From positions 4,288,001 through 4,352,000 of the forward strand of contig CAVUSO010000001.1 of NCBI GenBank assembly GCA_963744145.1: DNA of 64,000 nucleotides, in the 5' to 3' direction. Below, piece by piece: positions 46,518 to 56,604 of the stretch. The notes under the pieces were generated by a model. The model was given only the letters and a program-made list of their open reading frames with translations. It ran no database searches and was not told the DNA's origin. Both the position numbers and the translations under genes were made by a program. This DNA comes from an uncultured cyanobacterium (GTDB lineage: Bacteria; Cyanobacteriota; Cyanobacteriia; Cyanobacteriales; CAWUOF01). Numbering within the stretch: position 1 is the first letter of the stretch; every line of letters begins with the position of its first letter.

Positions 46518-47255
46518 CTAAAGAAGAGAGAAGAGAACCACCCTCCCCCACACCCCGTCCGCATCATCCCCTCTCCCTCCTGCACACACATCATCCCTAC
46601 ATGCAAGCCCCTCTAACCAAGGGAGGTGACATTCAGGAGCCGAGATATTAAAAGTGAGATCAGAGTAGCTCAACCTGTGGCGTCCTTTTATCCAGCCGAC
46701 TTGATATTCTAGTTTAACATAGGTATGGGAATCAAAACTACCATCTAGCTTACCACCCAGGTTGAGCCAGATTTCCTTCTGGACTGAAAATCCAAATTTA
46801 CCGTGAGAATGTTTTAACCACAACTGGTCGATAATATGTAGTTCCTCTTTGGGAAAATTACGACAATTTTTCACTGTTAACCATCCCCCTTCTTCCCTGT
46901 TCATAATTTTTAACATTACTCGACGAGTTTCTTCATCTGCGTCTTTCCATTCTTGGGCTGCTAATAATTTATCTAGTTGTCTGAAATCAGCTCTAGAAGT
47001 AACTAAATTTATTTGGGGTGACTGAGGTGTTTGCGTTACATCAAGATTTACTTGGGGAGTATAATAATCGATCGCTTTCTGAGGTGGTTGACTCTGTGCA
47101 ATTAGAGTAGCAGAATTACTAAATAGCCTTTGTGGATAATTAGCAAAAACTATACTAGACCAAAAAGGAAGTATCATTAAACTTAATCCTAAGTATTTGG
47201 CTGTATGTATCATCAGGTTTCTGTCTCCTTTATTCAAAAATATTAGATTTTGCAC
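46518..47255 (-). CDS. GUN4 domain protein with N-terminal hydrophobic segment
   Basis: LLAAQEWKDADEET...IDQLWLKHSHGKFGFSVQKEIW...HLP. Confidence 0.85.
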   Translation of the reverse strand: MQNLIFLNKGDRNLMIHTAKYLGLSLMILPFWSSIVFANYPQRLFSNSATLIAQSQPPQKAIDYYTPQVNLDVTQTPQSPQINLVTSRADFRQLDKLLAAQEWKDADEETRRVMLKIMNREEGGWLTVKNCRNFPKEELHIIDQLWLKHSHGKFGFSVQKEIWLNLGGKLDGSFDSHTYVKLEYQVGWIKGRHRLSYSDLTFNISAPECHLPWLEGLACRDDVCAGGRGDDADGVWGRVVLFSLL

Positions 47256-47264
47256 TTTCCTAGT

Positions 47265-47900
47265 TTAGGTAAACTGAAATGTTGAAAGTATTTGCTGAAA
47301 AATAAGATTTTCTTGACCATAATCTGGCTTTTCACATACACCGTAATACCTACCAATGTCAACTAAATAACGTTTGTCAGGTGTAAAAAATCTAGCATTA
47401 ATAAAACAATCTGGTGGTTGTACACGCATATACTTTCTCTTATAAATAATAGCTTCTTGATTAGCAATAGTAGCCGTTGACTCAGAATAAGAAGGATAAA
47501 TACCATCTGTTAAATTTACATATCCTGATTGAATAGGAGTTATTTCAATAGAAACTTCGTGTACCCACACTGCTTCAGTACAACCTGGAGAGGGATGGTC
47601 TTGACAACATTTAATTTCGGCGAAAGTTCCTGGATCTATTATTGTTACACTAACCGACCCACCGGATTTACTCTTTCTTTTTTCAGTATGATAATTAGCA
47701 GGAATTTGAAACTTAATCCCAAACTCTGGTATTTCAATTTCACGACTTTCTGATGCAGGTGTTTGAAAAACGTAAGCACAATCCTCTTGTTGAGCATTTA
47801 CTGGATTAAATGGAAAAGCAAATACCGAACCTAATACCGTTACCGTAGTAATTGCCCCAAATAATGGTTGTTTTCCCATAACCCTACCCAGACATAGCAT
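47265..47900 (-). CDS. Secreted Cys-rich hypothetical protein
   Basis: Signal peptide, EFGIKFQIP, C-terminal FQQILSTFQF. Confidence 0.7.
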   Translation of the reverse strand: MLCLGRVMGKQPLFGAITTVTVLGSVFAFPFNPVNAQQEDCAYVFQTPASESREIEIPEFGIKFQIPANYHTEKRKSKSGGSVSVTIIDPGTFAEIKCCQDHPSPGCTEAVWVHEVSIEITPIQSGYVNLTDGIYPSYSESTATIANQEAIIYKRKYMRVQPPDCFINARFFTPDKRYLVDIGRYYGVCEKPDYGQENLIFQQILSTFQFT

Positions 47901-48001
47901 CTAAATCTACATCTGGAAGATAGCCTAACTTTTATGCAAAACCTACCAACTTTGCAACAAAACTTTATATATTCAAGCAATAGTCCCAGTTGGGAGATAT
48001 G

Positions 48002-48084
48002 GCGATCGCTCCCAATAAAAACCACAACGGGAAAATTGCAATCAGCTATTGCTGTGGTCCTGGTGCTGAAAATTGGGATTAATC
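48002..48084. repeat. 83-bp direct repeat, copy 2 (HIP1 on both sides)
   Basis: Near-identical to 46433-46515; a second HIP1 at 48089-48096. Confidence 0.9.
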
Positions 48085-48221
48085 ATCGGCGATCGCTTCT
48101 TAATCAATGTGGCCATAATTTCTCTGAACCATCGGTATTTGGTAGCGATCGCGCCCTAATCCACCAGTCCTGCAAACTTGGAGAGAAATACCGCAGCGGA
48201 TTAATAGCGATCGCTCTAAAC

Positions 48222-48581
48222 CTAATAATGATGCTCATCCTCTAAAACATCAGGAAAAATATATCTCTCCTCAATCCCCAACTCATCAAAATTAATATTT
48301 TTGTCATACAAAAAATCGTAAATCTCTAAAATACATAACTCAGCTAGTTTCCTATATCTCTTTAATCGTGCTGCTTTTGTCCTATTTGTTGCTTTCTCCT
48401 CATTAAGTTTTTTCTCAGGCTGCTCCTCTGACGGCAAGGTAACTTCTTCAGACTTTGTTCTCCCACTTTCAGCTTTAGCAATTCGTAAAGCAAGCCTATC
48501 AATTAATTCATCTAACATTTGCTGATTTTTTAATAATTTTGATTCAGCTACTCGATCACAACTCAATGTGATCGCTCTCAA
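48222..48581 (-). CDS. Hypothetical protein
   Basis: 119-aa ORF with aggag RBS upstream of a TTG start. Confidence 0.55.
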   Translation of the reverse strand: MRAITLSCDRVAESKLLKNQQMLDELIDRLALRIAKAESGRTKSEEVTLPSEEQPEKKLNEEKATNRTKAARLKRYRKLAELCILEIYDFLYDKNINFDELGIEERYIFPDVLEDEHHY

Positions 48582-48668
48582 TATCCTACTCCTAAACTTG
48601 CTGGTAAAGATTGCGATCGCGTTAACCTCAATATCTTATTACGACTCAATGCGATCGCAAATCATTTA

Positions 48669-48878
48669 TTAATCAAGCAACTGATAAGTTTTGGTTAGGT
48701 ATTGAATCAGTTGGTAGAGACTTTCTTGAATGATGCGATCGCTCTCAGGATCAGCATTTTCAAACTCGCTCATAGTTTGAATAAGTTTCTCTAACTGAAC
48801 CTTAGCTAATTGACAACGTTCATAAACCTGATCCTCTATTGGGCTAAAGGTTGTCCTCATTTTGATGATATAGGTCAC
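48669..48878 (-). CDS. Small hypothetical protein
   Basis: 69-aa helical-looking ORF. Confidence 0.4.
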   Translation of the reverse strand: MTYIIKMRTTFSPIEDQVYERCQLAKVQLEKLIQTMSEFENADPESDRIIQESLYQLIQYLTKTYQLLD

Positions 48879-48917
48879 AGCGACAACTGGATAGCGATCG
48901 CTTCAATCAAAAGCAAC

Positions 48918-49038
48918 GGATAAGTTCAGTCAACAAGTGAGCTACTATGGGTCACAGGTTGGTCGCATCAGTGGTCAGATTGCCCAGGTGATTCAGCAAG
49001 TCCAGAGTCTGACACCCCAATTTCAACAGATTAGTTAT
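48918..49038 (+). pseudogene. Duplicated 121-bp fragment of the MCP gene
   Basis: Near-identical to 41814-41934. Confidence 0.9.
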
Positions 49039-49039
49039 T

Positions 49040-49927
49040 TTTAATATGCAAAGCGCTAGTAGCTTCATCTAAAATTACATACTGGGGTTGATAAATTAAG
49101 AGACGAGCAAAGTTCTTGGTCGCTGATAGGATCATTTACCAGAGGATATCCTAACTGTTGGCGGAGATTTCCCAAAACCATATAAGGACGTTGAGGTAAA
49201 AATAAGATTTCCTCTAGTTTGGGTCGGATAATTGTTCCACTACCAGAATTCCATAAACCCGCGATCGCTCGTAATAGAGAACTTTTACCACAACCACTTT
49301 TACCCATAATTACCATTCCTTGTTTTGAGGGCACTTTTACCGAAATATTCTGAAATAAGATTCTTTGATAGTTTGGTGTATACAAGGTCAGGTCTTGGAG
49401 TGTTAAACAGCTATCTTCTAAGATATTAATAGTTGTATCCTGAATGCTCCCATTAGTAATTTCTCTCTTTGGTTGTTGCAGAAAATTATAAAATTCATCT
49501 AAACGCTCAATTTCGGCAGCAGGTTATCAATTTCTCTCTGAGATTGACTGAGTTCATAAAACGCCCGATTGCGGAAATATTGACTGAAAAAATGCTTGCT
49601 TAACCACCTACGCCAATATAGACCGAGTTTTTGGCGGATGTAGTTGTGTGCGGCCCAAATAGCCCAGATCATTAGGTATAGCCCAGTCAATTTCCAGGTA
49701 ATTGCCCAGAATTGATTCCCATCCTGAGCCGCGATGACGGAAAGGACTTTACCCTGTTTAGTATTGGCGAGTACGGTGAGATTGGCCGAAACTAGAATAC
49801 TGGCAATCAGCGTCAATAGTAAAGCGATCGCACCCCATTTTTCCTTGCTATACCAGTAGAGTTTAGCGATCGCCCAAAACCTCTGAAAAAAACTCCGGTT
49901 CAGTTTATTCATTTTGTTAGTCGTCAT
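49040..49927 (-). pseudogene. ABC-D/YddA-type ABC transporter pseudogene with two internal deletions
   Basis: N-terminal TM part to IDN, jump to AAEIERL..., Walker A GKSGCGKS, LPQRPY, jump from DQEL to FARLL...VILDEATSAL. Confidence 0.85.
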
Positions 49928-50005
49928 TTAGCAAAATATAGAATAAATTAAAGATAATCTGCCAAAAATTGTCCTCACACCAAAAACTGATTAAATTGGA
50001 GGGAG

Positions 50006-50362
50006 TTGATTGTTATGTACGACCCAGACAAACGCAAAATCTTATCAGGACTGAGTCATAGTTCAATTTTTTTCAGTTCTTTGGTAGTTTCTGTGGGTAT
50101 CCCGATCGCGGTTTTGATCATATCTGATGACCCAGTAGTCAAAGATAACGCTAAAGAAGCAATTAACTTTCACTTTAACGTTTGGATTTATGAAAGTATT
50201 ATTGCGTTTTTAGTGTTTACCATTATTGGTATTCCTTTCGCTTGGATCTTAGCACCCTTCTTTCTTCTTTATCATTGGGTTTTTCCAGTTCTAGCTATTT
50301 TACAGGTTTTGGGTGAACCAGAAAAAATCTACCGTTATCCAGTTATTTTACGTTTACTCTAA
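50006..50362 (+). CDS. DUF4870 membrane protein
   Basis: LSHSS...VKDNAKEAINF...YRYP. Confidence 0.85.
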   Translation: MIVMYDPDKRKILSGLSHSSIFFSSLVVSVGIPIAVLIISDDPVVKDNAKEAINFHFNVWIYESIIAFLVFTIIGIPFAWILAPFFLLYHWVFPVLAILQVLGEPEKIYRYPVILRLL

Positions 50363-50679
50363 AACCACCCGGAAGGCAAAATTATGTAGAAATATTTTTG
50401 CCTTCTTGTTTATAACAAATAAAATTGCCCTAGAACATATTTTGTTGTAGGGCATATAGGTAAGGACAGTTAAATGCTAACCCTAGTTTCGACAATTTTA
50501 AATTTAGTTAGATCACTCTTTGTGACAATTTCTTCAGTGTCCATTGGTGGCATGATGGGAAGATTTGTTATTGATCCATCAAAAATCTAAAATTAGATTG
50601 CTGGTATCAAAAATTGTAACCAAACCTAGACATCAGATGGTTACCTATAGTATATCAATATATTCTCATGCATCCTGGC

Positions 50680-50703
50680 AAGCAGCCGCCTCGGGGGCTG
50701 CTT
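50680..50703. terminator. GC hairpin downstream of the - strand membrane gene
   Basis: aagcagcc...ggctgctt. Confidence 0.5.
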
Positions 50704-50713
50704 CTTTATCCAC

Positions 50714-51169
50714 CTAAAAATGTAAAGGAACTAGCTGGAGTGTCCACAAAAAGTTTTTCGCTACCCATCCCAGTCCAATTCCGAACAGAGAAATAATATT
50801 TAAAATCCAAAAAGCAGTTTTATCAGTTAAGCCAAAAATTTGAAAATCTAATCTAGCTAAACTAGCCGCAGAAACTAGAATTAAAACATGGGAAAAAAAG
50901 TGAATCCAGTTGAGAATGATCACAGTTAAGAAAGCAGCGAGCGCGATCGCAAAAGAAGCAAAAATATCGGAGCGAAGCCAACGGACAATCACAATTTCTA
51001 AATTTGTTAATGGTGCTGCTACTGAAGCAGAAATCAGAAAAGCTAGGATTATTGTAGCTGGTAAAACTAGAGCAGCAGGTTTAATCGTAGCTACAATCCA
51101 ACCAAAGCTACTATAGGTGAGCAGCAGTAGAAACAGGGAAAACCGGGGAAGTTTTTTTACAGCAGTCAT
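50714..51169 (-). CDS. Multi-TM hypothetical membrane protein
   Basis: Several TM helices with a LARLD motif; start moved to ATG 51169. Confidence 0.7.
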   Translation of the reverse strand: MTAVKKLPRFSLFLLLLTYSSFGWIVATIKPAALVLPATIILAFLISASVAAPLTNLEIVIVRWLRSDIFASFAIALAAFLTVIILNWIHFFSHVLILVSAASLARLDFQIFGLTDKTAFWILNIISLFGIGLGWVAKNFLWTLQLVPLHF

Positions 51170-51197
51170 CTGGTTTAGCTGATCTGATTGAGAAACA

Positions 51198-51602
51198 TTA
51201 AAGATTAGTAGAAACCGCTGCAACAGGACAAGTGGGAATACACTGTTCACAAACGATACAACGCGATCGCGTAAAAGTGAGCCGAAATGTTTCTGGTGCT
51301 AGACTGAGAGCTTCAGTGGGACAAACCCCTGTACATAAACCACAGTGAACACAGCTATCTTCATCAATTAAAATTTCTCGACTAGCTAGAGAAACGTTAA
51401 TATCCTGCGATCGCATCCATTCAATGGCGGCATCAAGCTGATCAATATCTCCCAATAACTCTACCACTAATTTACCAATTTGATTTGGTGCTACCTGGGC
51501 TCGAATGATATTCGCAGCCACATTAAAATCTTTTGCTAATCTGTAGGTGACTGGTGATTGGACAGCACGTTTGGGAAAAGTCAGCGTTACCCGTTTTTTC
51601 AT
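51198..51602 (-). CDS. NIL domain + 2[4Fe-4S] ferredoxin
   Basis: NIIRA NIL motif; CVHCGLCTGVCP and CIVCEQCIPTCP. Confidence 0.92.
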   Translation of the reverse strand: MKKRVTLTFPKRAVQSPVTYRLAKDFNVAANIIRAQVAPNQIGKLVVELLGDIDQLDAAIEWMRSQDINVSLASREILIDEDSCVHCGLCTGVCPTEALSLAPETFRLTFTRSRCIVCEQCIPTCPVAAVSTNL

Positions 51603-51702
51603 TATGGGTCTCTGGGATCGGCAAACAACTAGGATGATCAGATCGACCTGACTGATAGTTTAGCTAAACTGAAGACAGTTTGTCATATTTTGTAAAATTA
51701 CC

Positions 51703-52290
51703 ATGGCTAGCAATTTACCGATATCACCCACAGCACCAGAAAACTTAGTCGCAAAGCGAGTACGCAATTTTTTAATTGCATTAGCAGCGATCGCTCTGAG
51801 TATATTTTTAGTCATTGGATTCAAAGGGCAAGCTAATACAGGAAATCTTACCACCTTAGCCCAGGAATCTATTCCTTTAGAAGTAGCGATCGCTAACCAT
51901 AAACCCACTCTGATCGAATTTTATGCTAATTGGTGTGGCACTTGTCAGGCCATGGCTAAGGATTTGAGCCAGATCAAACCCCAATATGATCAACAGGTCA
52001 ACTTTGTGATGTTAAATGTGGATAATTCCAAATGGCTTCCAGAGATGACCAAGTACCGAGTTGATGGTATACCACATTTTGTGTTTTTAGACAAGCAGGG
52101 ACAAGAAATCGCCCAGACCATTGGTGAAGTACCACCAGCAATTATGGTTCAAAACCTGACCGCGTTAGCATCTAGTTTACCCATTCCCCATGCTCAAACT
52201 AGCGGTCAAGTTTCTAGCATTGACCCAGAAGTGACACCAGTTCAAGCAAGTGCGATCGAACCCCGTAGTCATGGAAATCAAGTAAATTAA
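51703..52290 (+). CDS. txlA: Thylakoid thioredoxin-like protein (TxlA/HCF164)
   Basis: N-terminal TM, EFYANWCGTC, YRVDGIPHF. Confidence 0.85.
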   Translation: MASNLPISPTAPENLVAKRVRNFLIALAAIALSIFLVIGFKGQANTGNLTTLAQESIPLEVAIANHKPTLIEFYANWCGTCQAMAKDLSQIKPQYDQQVNFVMLNVDNSKWLPEMTKYRVDGIPHFVFLDKQGQEIAQTIGEVPPAIMVQNLTALASSLPIPHAQTSGQVSSIDPEVTPVQASAIEPRSHGNQVN

Positions 52291-52625
52291 TTCCAGAGGA
52301 GCATGGTTAATAATCCTTGTTGACCCAAAAGCAATTCTCGGAAAAGACTAACCAAACCTACCCAGATAATTGGAGTAATATCAACACCACCGATCGGTGG
52401 AACCAATTTTCTGGTCGGGTTTAAAAAAGGCTCAGTGGGCCGAAAGATGAACTGAAACGGAAATTTGTTTAAATCAACTTGGGGATACCAGGTCAACACA
52501 ATCCGGAAAATAAACAAAAAGGTCATCACACCCAAAACTGGACTTAAAATCCAACTAGCAATTAATTCAGGACTCATAATTCTTGTTGCCATTTTCATCG
52601 TATGATCAATAATAGCGATCAGCAT
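52287..52625 (-). CDS. YggT/Ycf19 family protein (start may be further downstream)
   Basis: RIVLTWYP...PTEPFL...PPIGGVDITP. Confidence 0.9.
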   Translation of the reverse strand: MLIAIIDHTMKMATRIMSPELIASWILSPVLGVMTFLFIFRIVLTWYPQVDLNKFPFQFIFRPTEPFLNPTRKLVPPIGGVDITPIIWVGLVSLFRELLLGQQGLLTMLLWN

Positions 52626-52725
52626 TTGAGATTAGTTGCCCAAAAATAAATCTGGCAATAATTTCTCAAAAATGCAACAAATCGTTAAGATTGTTATGAA
52701 GAAACTTAAACAGGATGAGAAATTT

Positions 52726-52845
52726 ATGACACCATCTTTAGCTAATCTTTTCTACAGCCTACTTTGGGGAGCCGTTATTGTCGTTATCCCTACGACCGTG
52801 GGACTAATTTTTGTCAGCCAAAAAGATAAAGTTCAACGGTCCTAA
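52726..52845 (+). CDS. psbX: Photosystem II protein PsbX
   Basis: [15 protein letters not shown]...[11 protein letters not shown], 39 aa. Confidence 0.93.
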   Translation: MTPSLANLFYSLLWGAVIVVIPTTVGLIFVSQKDKVQRS

Positions 52846-52907
52846 ATTTTTAGTGGGGTAATTAGCAGGAGAAAGCAGGGCTGTTTTATGCTAGGTCACT
52901 AAATGCT

Positions 52908-53026
52908 GACCTAACCCCCCAACCCCCTTCCCTACCAGGGAAGGGGGAGTAGTTAAGATGACTAAATTGATAGGAGATTTATTCTTGCTCCCCTTTCCTC
53001 TTAGGAGAGGGGTTGGGGGAGAGGTC
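52908..53026. repeat. REP-like paired palindromes (cccccttccct...agggaaggggg family)
   Basis: Two facing GC-rich hairpins between psbX and ycf66. Confidence 0.7.
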
Positions 53027-53131
53027 TTCTGCTAGAATGAAACAAGCCCTGAAATTGACTGATATCTTGCCGTCTATAGTAGATATATTTATAGGAACTC
53101 GCTAACATAGGACTGTCTTAGGAGAGAGGTT

Positions 53132-53923
53132 ATGGTAAATTTTCAGCTAAACTTAGCGAGTATAGTCGGGATAGTTCTGGCTGTTGGTGGGGCAGCACTC
53201 TATGGAGTGCGGTCGGTAAAACCAGAGCTATCACGAGATTACGATATCTTTTTTGCCGCTGTATCCTTATTATGCGGTGGGATTTTATTTTTTTATGGTT
53301 GGCGTTTTGACCCAATCATGCAATTTGGTCAGGTTTTATTAGCCGGATCAACAGTATTTTTTGCTTTTGAAAACTTTCGACTCCGTGGTACAACCGTAGC
53401 TCAAGCTAAACGTAGCTCTCCCACTGTTGATCAGGAACGACGTGTTAGTAAAGTTTATGAAGTAGAAGCAGAACTTGATCAATTAGATGAAGTTTATGAG
53501 CAACCAGTCAGACGGAGAATCAGAGGTACTCAAGATCCTCGTGGTTATCGAGAGGAATATGAAACAGAAGTCCGGAAACGTCCTAATAATCGTCGGAGTT
53601 CTGTAGAGAAGCAAGTACCACCAGCAGAAACCAGGAAACGTCGTCCACGTCCAGAAAATAGCCCGATCGCCCAAAGACCGGATCAGTGGGAAACAGAAGA
53701 TGAGGAGGAAATTAAACCACCTCGTCGTTCTAGCAGTAGTTCAACTCGAACAGTAATACGCAATTCGGAAGCTGCGGTAAGACCAAAAAATAGTCGTCCA
53801 CCAGAAGAAACTGCAACTCGAAGAACGAAACCAGAAAGAGTCAAACCCACTGACTATGTTGATTTCCAACCGGTAGACGAAAGTGATGACGAGGGAGATA
53901 ATTCCAAAAATTTCGACTACTAA
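53132..53923 (+). CDS. ycf66: Ycf66 family protein
   Basis: PELSRDYDIFFAAV...WRFDPIMQFGQ followed by a charged tail. Confidence 0.9.
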   Translation: MVNFQLNLASIVGIVLAVGGAALYGVRSVKPELSRDYDIFFAAVSLLCGGILFFYGWRFDPIMQFGQVLLAGSTVFFAFENFRLRGTTVAQAKRSSPTVDQERRVSKVYEVEAELDQLDEVYEQPVRRRIRGTQDPRGYREEYETEVRKRPNNRRSSVEKQVPPAETRKRRPRPENSPIAQRPDQWETEDEEEIKPPRRSSSSSTRTVIRNSEAAVRPKNSRPPEETATRRTKPERVKPTDYVDFQPVDESDDEGDNSKNFDY

Positions 53924-54037
53924 GTTCAGTGGAGTGCTAATTTTAGCCAATATTAACCAATCTACTGGTATTTTCCAGTAGGTTGGGAGGAAAAAAATTC
54001 TGTTCGCGGCTAATTGCGGAAATTGAGAAAGTTCGCG

Positions 54038-54598
54038 ATGCTTGTAAAAAAATATTATTGGCAAAAGGCAAAATTAGGTTTATGGGCAAGTCTAGCTGGT
54101 ATGATGGTGGCTTGTACCGCTAATAATTCAATAGGACCAGTTTCAATTAATAGTCGCTATACTGATGAACAACCGACTTTAAGTGGAAATGGTCGGTTTT
54201 TAGCTTTCGTTTCTAATCGCAATGGTCGTCGCGATATTATGTTGTATGACTTACAACAGCAGCAGTTTGTCGATGTTCCAGGATTAAATCCGAATGGGGC
54301 GATCGCGGAAAATCCCAGTCTTAGTTATAGTAGTCGTTATATTGTTTACCTGACTAGCGACCAAGGAAAACCGATTATTGTTCTGTATGATCGGACGATT
54401 AAGCAAGCACAGATTCTCACTCAAGGTTATTGGGGTTGGGTCAGAAATCCCAGTATTAGTCCTGATGGTCGTTATGTGGTGTTTGAAACCAGTACCAGGG
54501 GACAATGGGATATTGAGGTACTCGATCGCGGTCCGAATATTGAACTAGATCGAGTTGAGGGGAATACATCGGAAACTGGGATCAAAAATTCACTGTAA
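54038..54598 (+). CDS. TolB-like PD40-repeat lipoprotein
   Basis: Lipobox MVAC; PD40 repeats (PSISPDGRYVVF). Confidence 0.85.
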   Translation: MLVKKYYWQKAKLGLWASLAGMMVACTANNSIGPVSINSRYTDEQPTLSGNGRFLAFVSNRNGRRDIMLYDLQQQQFVDVPGLNPNGAIAENPSLSYSSRYIVYLTSDQGKPIIVLYDRTIKQAQILTQGYWGWVRNPSISPDGRYVVFETSTRGQWDIEVLDRGPNIELDRVEGNTSETGIKNSL

Positions 54599-54613
54599 TT
54601 AGGTCGGATCACT

Positions 54614-55150
54614 GTGAAAAATTTTGTCAGATCATCGGGTTGGTTATGGATGGTAGCGATCGCTTCTTTATTAAGCAGTTGTAGTAGTTATCCCCGTTTA
54701 CTGAGTTTTCCCTTTGATCCGGGGGGAAGAAGTTTAAATAGTCCTTCATCCCAATTAACTCCGAACATATCTGGTCGCTATATTGTATTTGTGTCCGATC
54801 GCAGTGGGACTCAAGATATTTATCTGTTTGATGGGATTGATCAAAGATTAATCGATTTACCAGGATTAAATTCACTAGATGCGATCGCTTCCCATCCGGG
54901 TATTTCTGGAGATGGACGTTATATCGTTTTTGCTGCTACTCGTCAGGGACGTTCTGGGATTTATTTATACGATCGAGAAACTCGTCAATTGCGTAATCTC
55001 ACGGAAAACCTCCAAGCTGAAGTGAGAAATCCGACTATTAGTGCGGATGGTAATATTATTGCTTTTGAATCTAGTGCTAATGGTCATTGGGATATTTTAG
55101 TTTACGATCGAGCTGGTCAACCCTTAAATGTACCGATCAATCCACGCTGA
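54614..55150 (+). CDS. TolB-like PD40-repeat lipoprotein
   Basis: Lipobox LSSC; PD40 repeats. Confidence 0.85.
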   Translation: MKNFVRSSGWLWMVAIASLLSSCSSYPRLLSFPFDPGGRSLNSPSSQLTPNISGRYIVFVSDRSGTQDIYLFDGIDQRLIDLPGLNSLDAIASHPGISGDGRYIVFAATRQGRSGIYLYDRETRQLRNLTENLQAEVRNPTISADGNIIAFESSANGHWDILVYDRAGQPLNVPINPR

Positions 55151-55291
55151 TTTTAGTTGAGGAAACATCCCTGCGTAAGTTCTGAATAATACATTTCTAC
55201 TGGACTGGCGATCGCTAAGTATTATAGAAAGGTTAAAAACCTGCTATAATATAATGTTAGTTATCTATGTTGACAAAGTGAGGTAATCATT

Positions 55292-55589
55292 ATGTTATCA
55301 ATCGATATTAGACCAGAATCAATAGTTAAAAGAATTGAGGATACTGTTTCCATTTTAATGGAAGAACACCCTTTGTTCAAGGAAGATTCTGAATTATTCA
55401 GAAATCGTAAACCATTTAGTTCAAGTATTTCAAAAAAACTTATCTTTTGAGGAATTTAGTATGATGTCAGAGACAAACTTGAAAAAACGTTGTAGTCGGA
55501 TAATGGCGATCGAACTTTTGGGAAAAATTAGTGAAGACTTTACCCCTGAACAAATGGCGATTTTTGAAGAAGCAATCAAACGTAAATAG
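55292..55589 (+). pseudogene. Putative antitoxin with a 1-bp frameshift at about 55380
   Basis: gagg RBS + MLSIDIRPE...HPLF; the shifted frame continues KILNYSEIV...FTPEQMAIFEEAIKRK and ends 11 nt before the VapC-type gene. Confidence 0.6.
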
Positions 55590-55600
55590 ATTCTGAGATT

Positions 55601-56002
55601 ATGAGTTATTTATTAGATACTAATATTGTTTCTTTTGCGATTCGGCGAAATTCTCAAGTCCTTCAAAATATTAAAAAAGTTGAAACTGAAGAAAATATCT
55701 TCATTAGTTGCATTACCTATTTTGAAATTAAGCGAGGATTTTTAGCGGTTGATGCTCCTAAACAAAAGGCAAGATTTGAAGAATTTTGTCAAATTTATCC
55801 GATTATTTTATTAGATGATTTAGAAATTTTAGAAAAAGCATCCGAAATTTATGCTAATCTGAGATTAAGAGGTTTGCCGATCCAAACTGAAGATATTTTA
55901 ATTGCTGCTACTGCTATAGTTAAAGGTTTAATTATGGTTTCTAATGATACAGATTTAGTAAGAATTGAAGGTTTAAATTTAGAAAATTGGGCTCAATTAT
56001 AA
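55601..56002 (+). CDS. vapC: VapC-family PIN toxin
   Basis: YLLDTNI, YFEI, DILIAATA, SND motifs. Confidence 0.9.
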   Translation: MSYLLDTNIVSFAIRRNSQVLQNIKKVETEENIFISCITYFEIKRGFLAVDAPKQKARFEEFCQIYPIILLDDLEILEKASEIYANLRLRGLPIQTEDILIAATAIVKGLIMVSNDTDLVRIEGLNLENWAQL

Positions 56003-56060
56003 AGCGATCGCACCGGATGATATGGTTGATGAAAAATCGAGGATTGATGGAAGCTAAGAT

Positions 56061-56552
56061 GTGGTGAGTAGAAATTCGTATCTATTAATTATAATCGGAT
56101 TAATTATAAGTGGCTGTAATTCATATTTGAATCAACCACCTTTATTAGGTGGTGGTCTGAATAGTCGGACACCAGATGAATATCCTTCTTTTAGTGCGGA
56201 TGGTCGCTATTTAGCTTTTGCATCCGATCGCAATATGACTCGGAGTATTTATTTATATGATTTGCAACAACATAGTCTGATCCCTTTACCAAACTTAAAT
56301 CGCGTTGATTCTAGTCAAGATCAACCTGCGCTTAGTGCAGATGGTCGGTTTATTGCTTATGTTTCCACTGAACGTGGTAAAACTGATATATTTAGATACG
56401 ATCGGTTTACGAAAACATCCCAATTACTAACTTATAATATTCGGAATTCAGTCCGACATCCGACTATTACAGGAGATGGAAATTTGGTATCATTTGAATC
56501 GAACCGTTCTGGTCAATGGCACATTGAAATTATCGATCTTCGGGGTAAATAA
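56061..56552 (+). CDS. TolB-like PD40-repeat lipoprotein
   Basis: Lipobox ISGC; PD40 repeats. Confidence 0.85.
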   Translation: MVSRNSYLLIIIGLIISGCNSYLNQPPLLGGGLNSRTPDEYPSFSADGRYLAFASDRNMTRSIYLYDLQQHSLIPLPNLNRVDSSQDQPALSADGRFIAYVSTERGKTDIFRYDRFTKTSQLLTYNIRNSVRHPTITGDGNLVSFESNRSGQWHIEIIDLRGK

Positions 56553-56604
56553 AAATTAAACAGCAAACCAAGAATAGTTTGCTGCTCTTTTTAATTGCAG
56601 GTTT

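Noticed and set aside
52636..52725. N-terminal extension of PsbX
   Set aside because: PsbX begins at MTPSL (52726).
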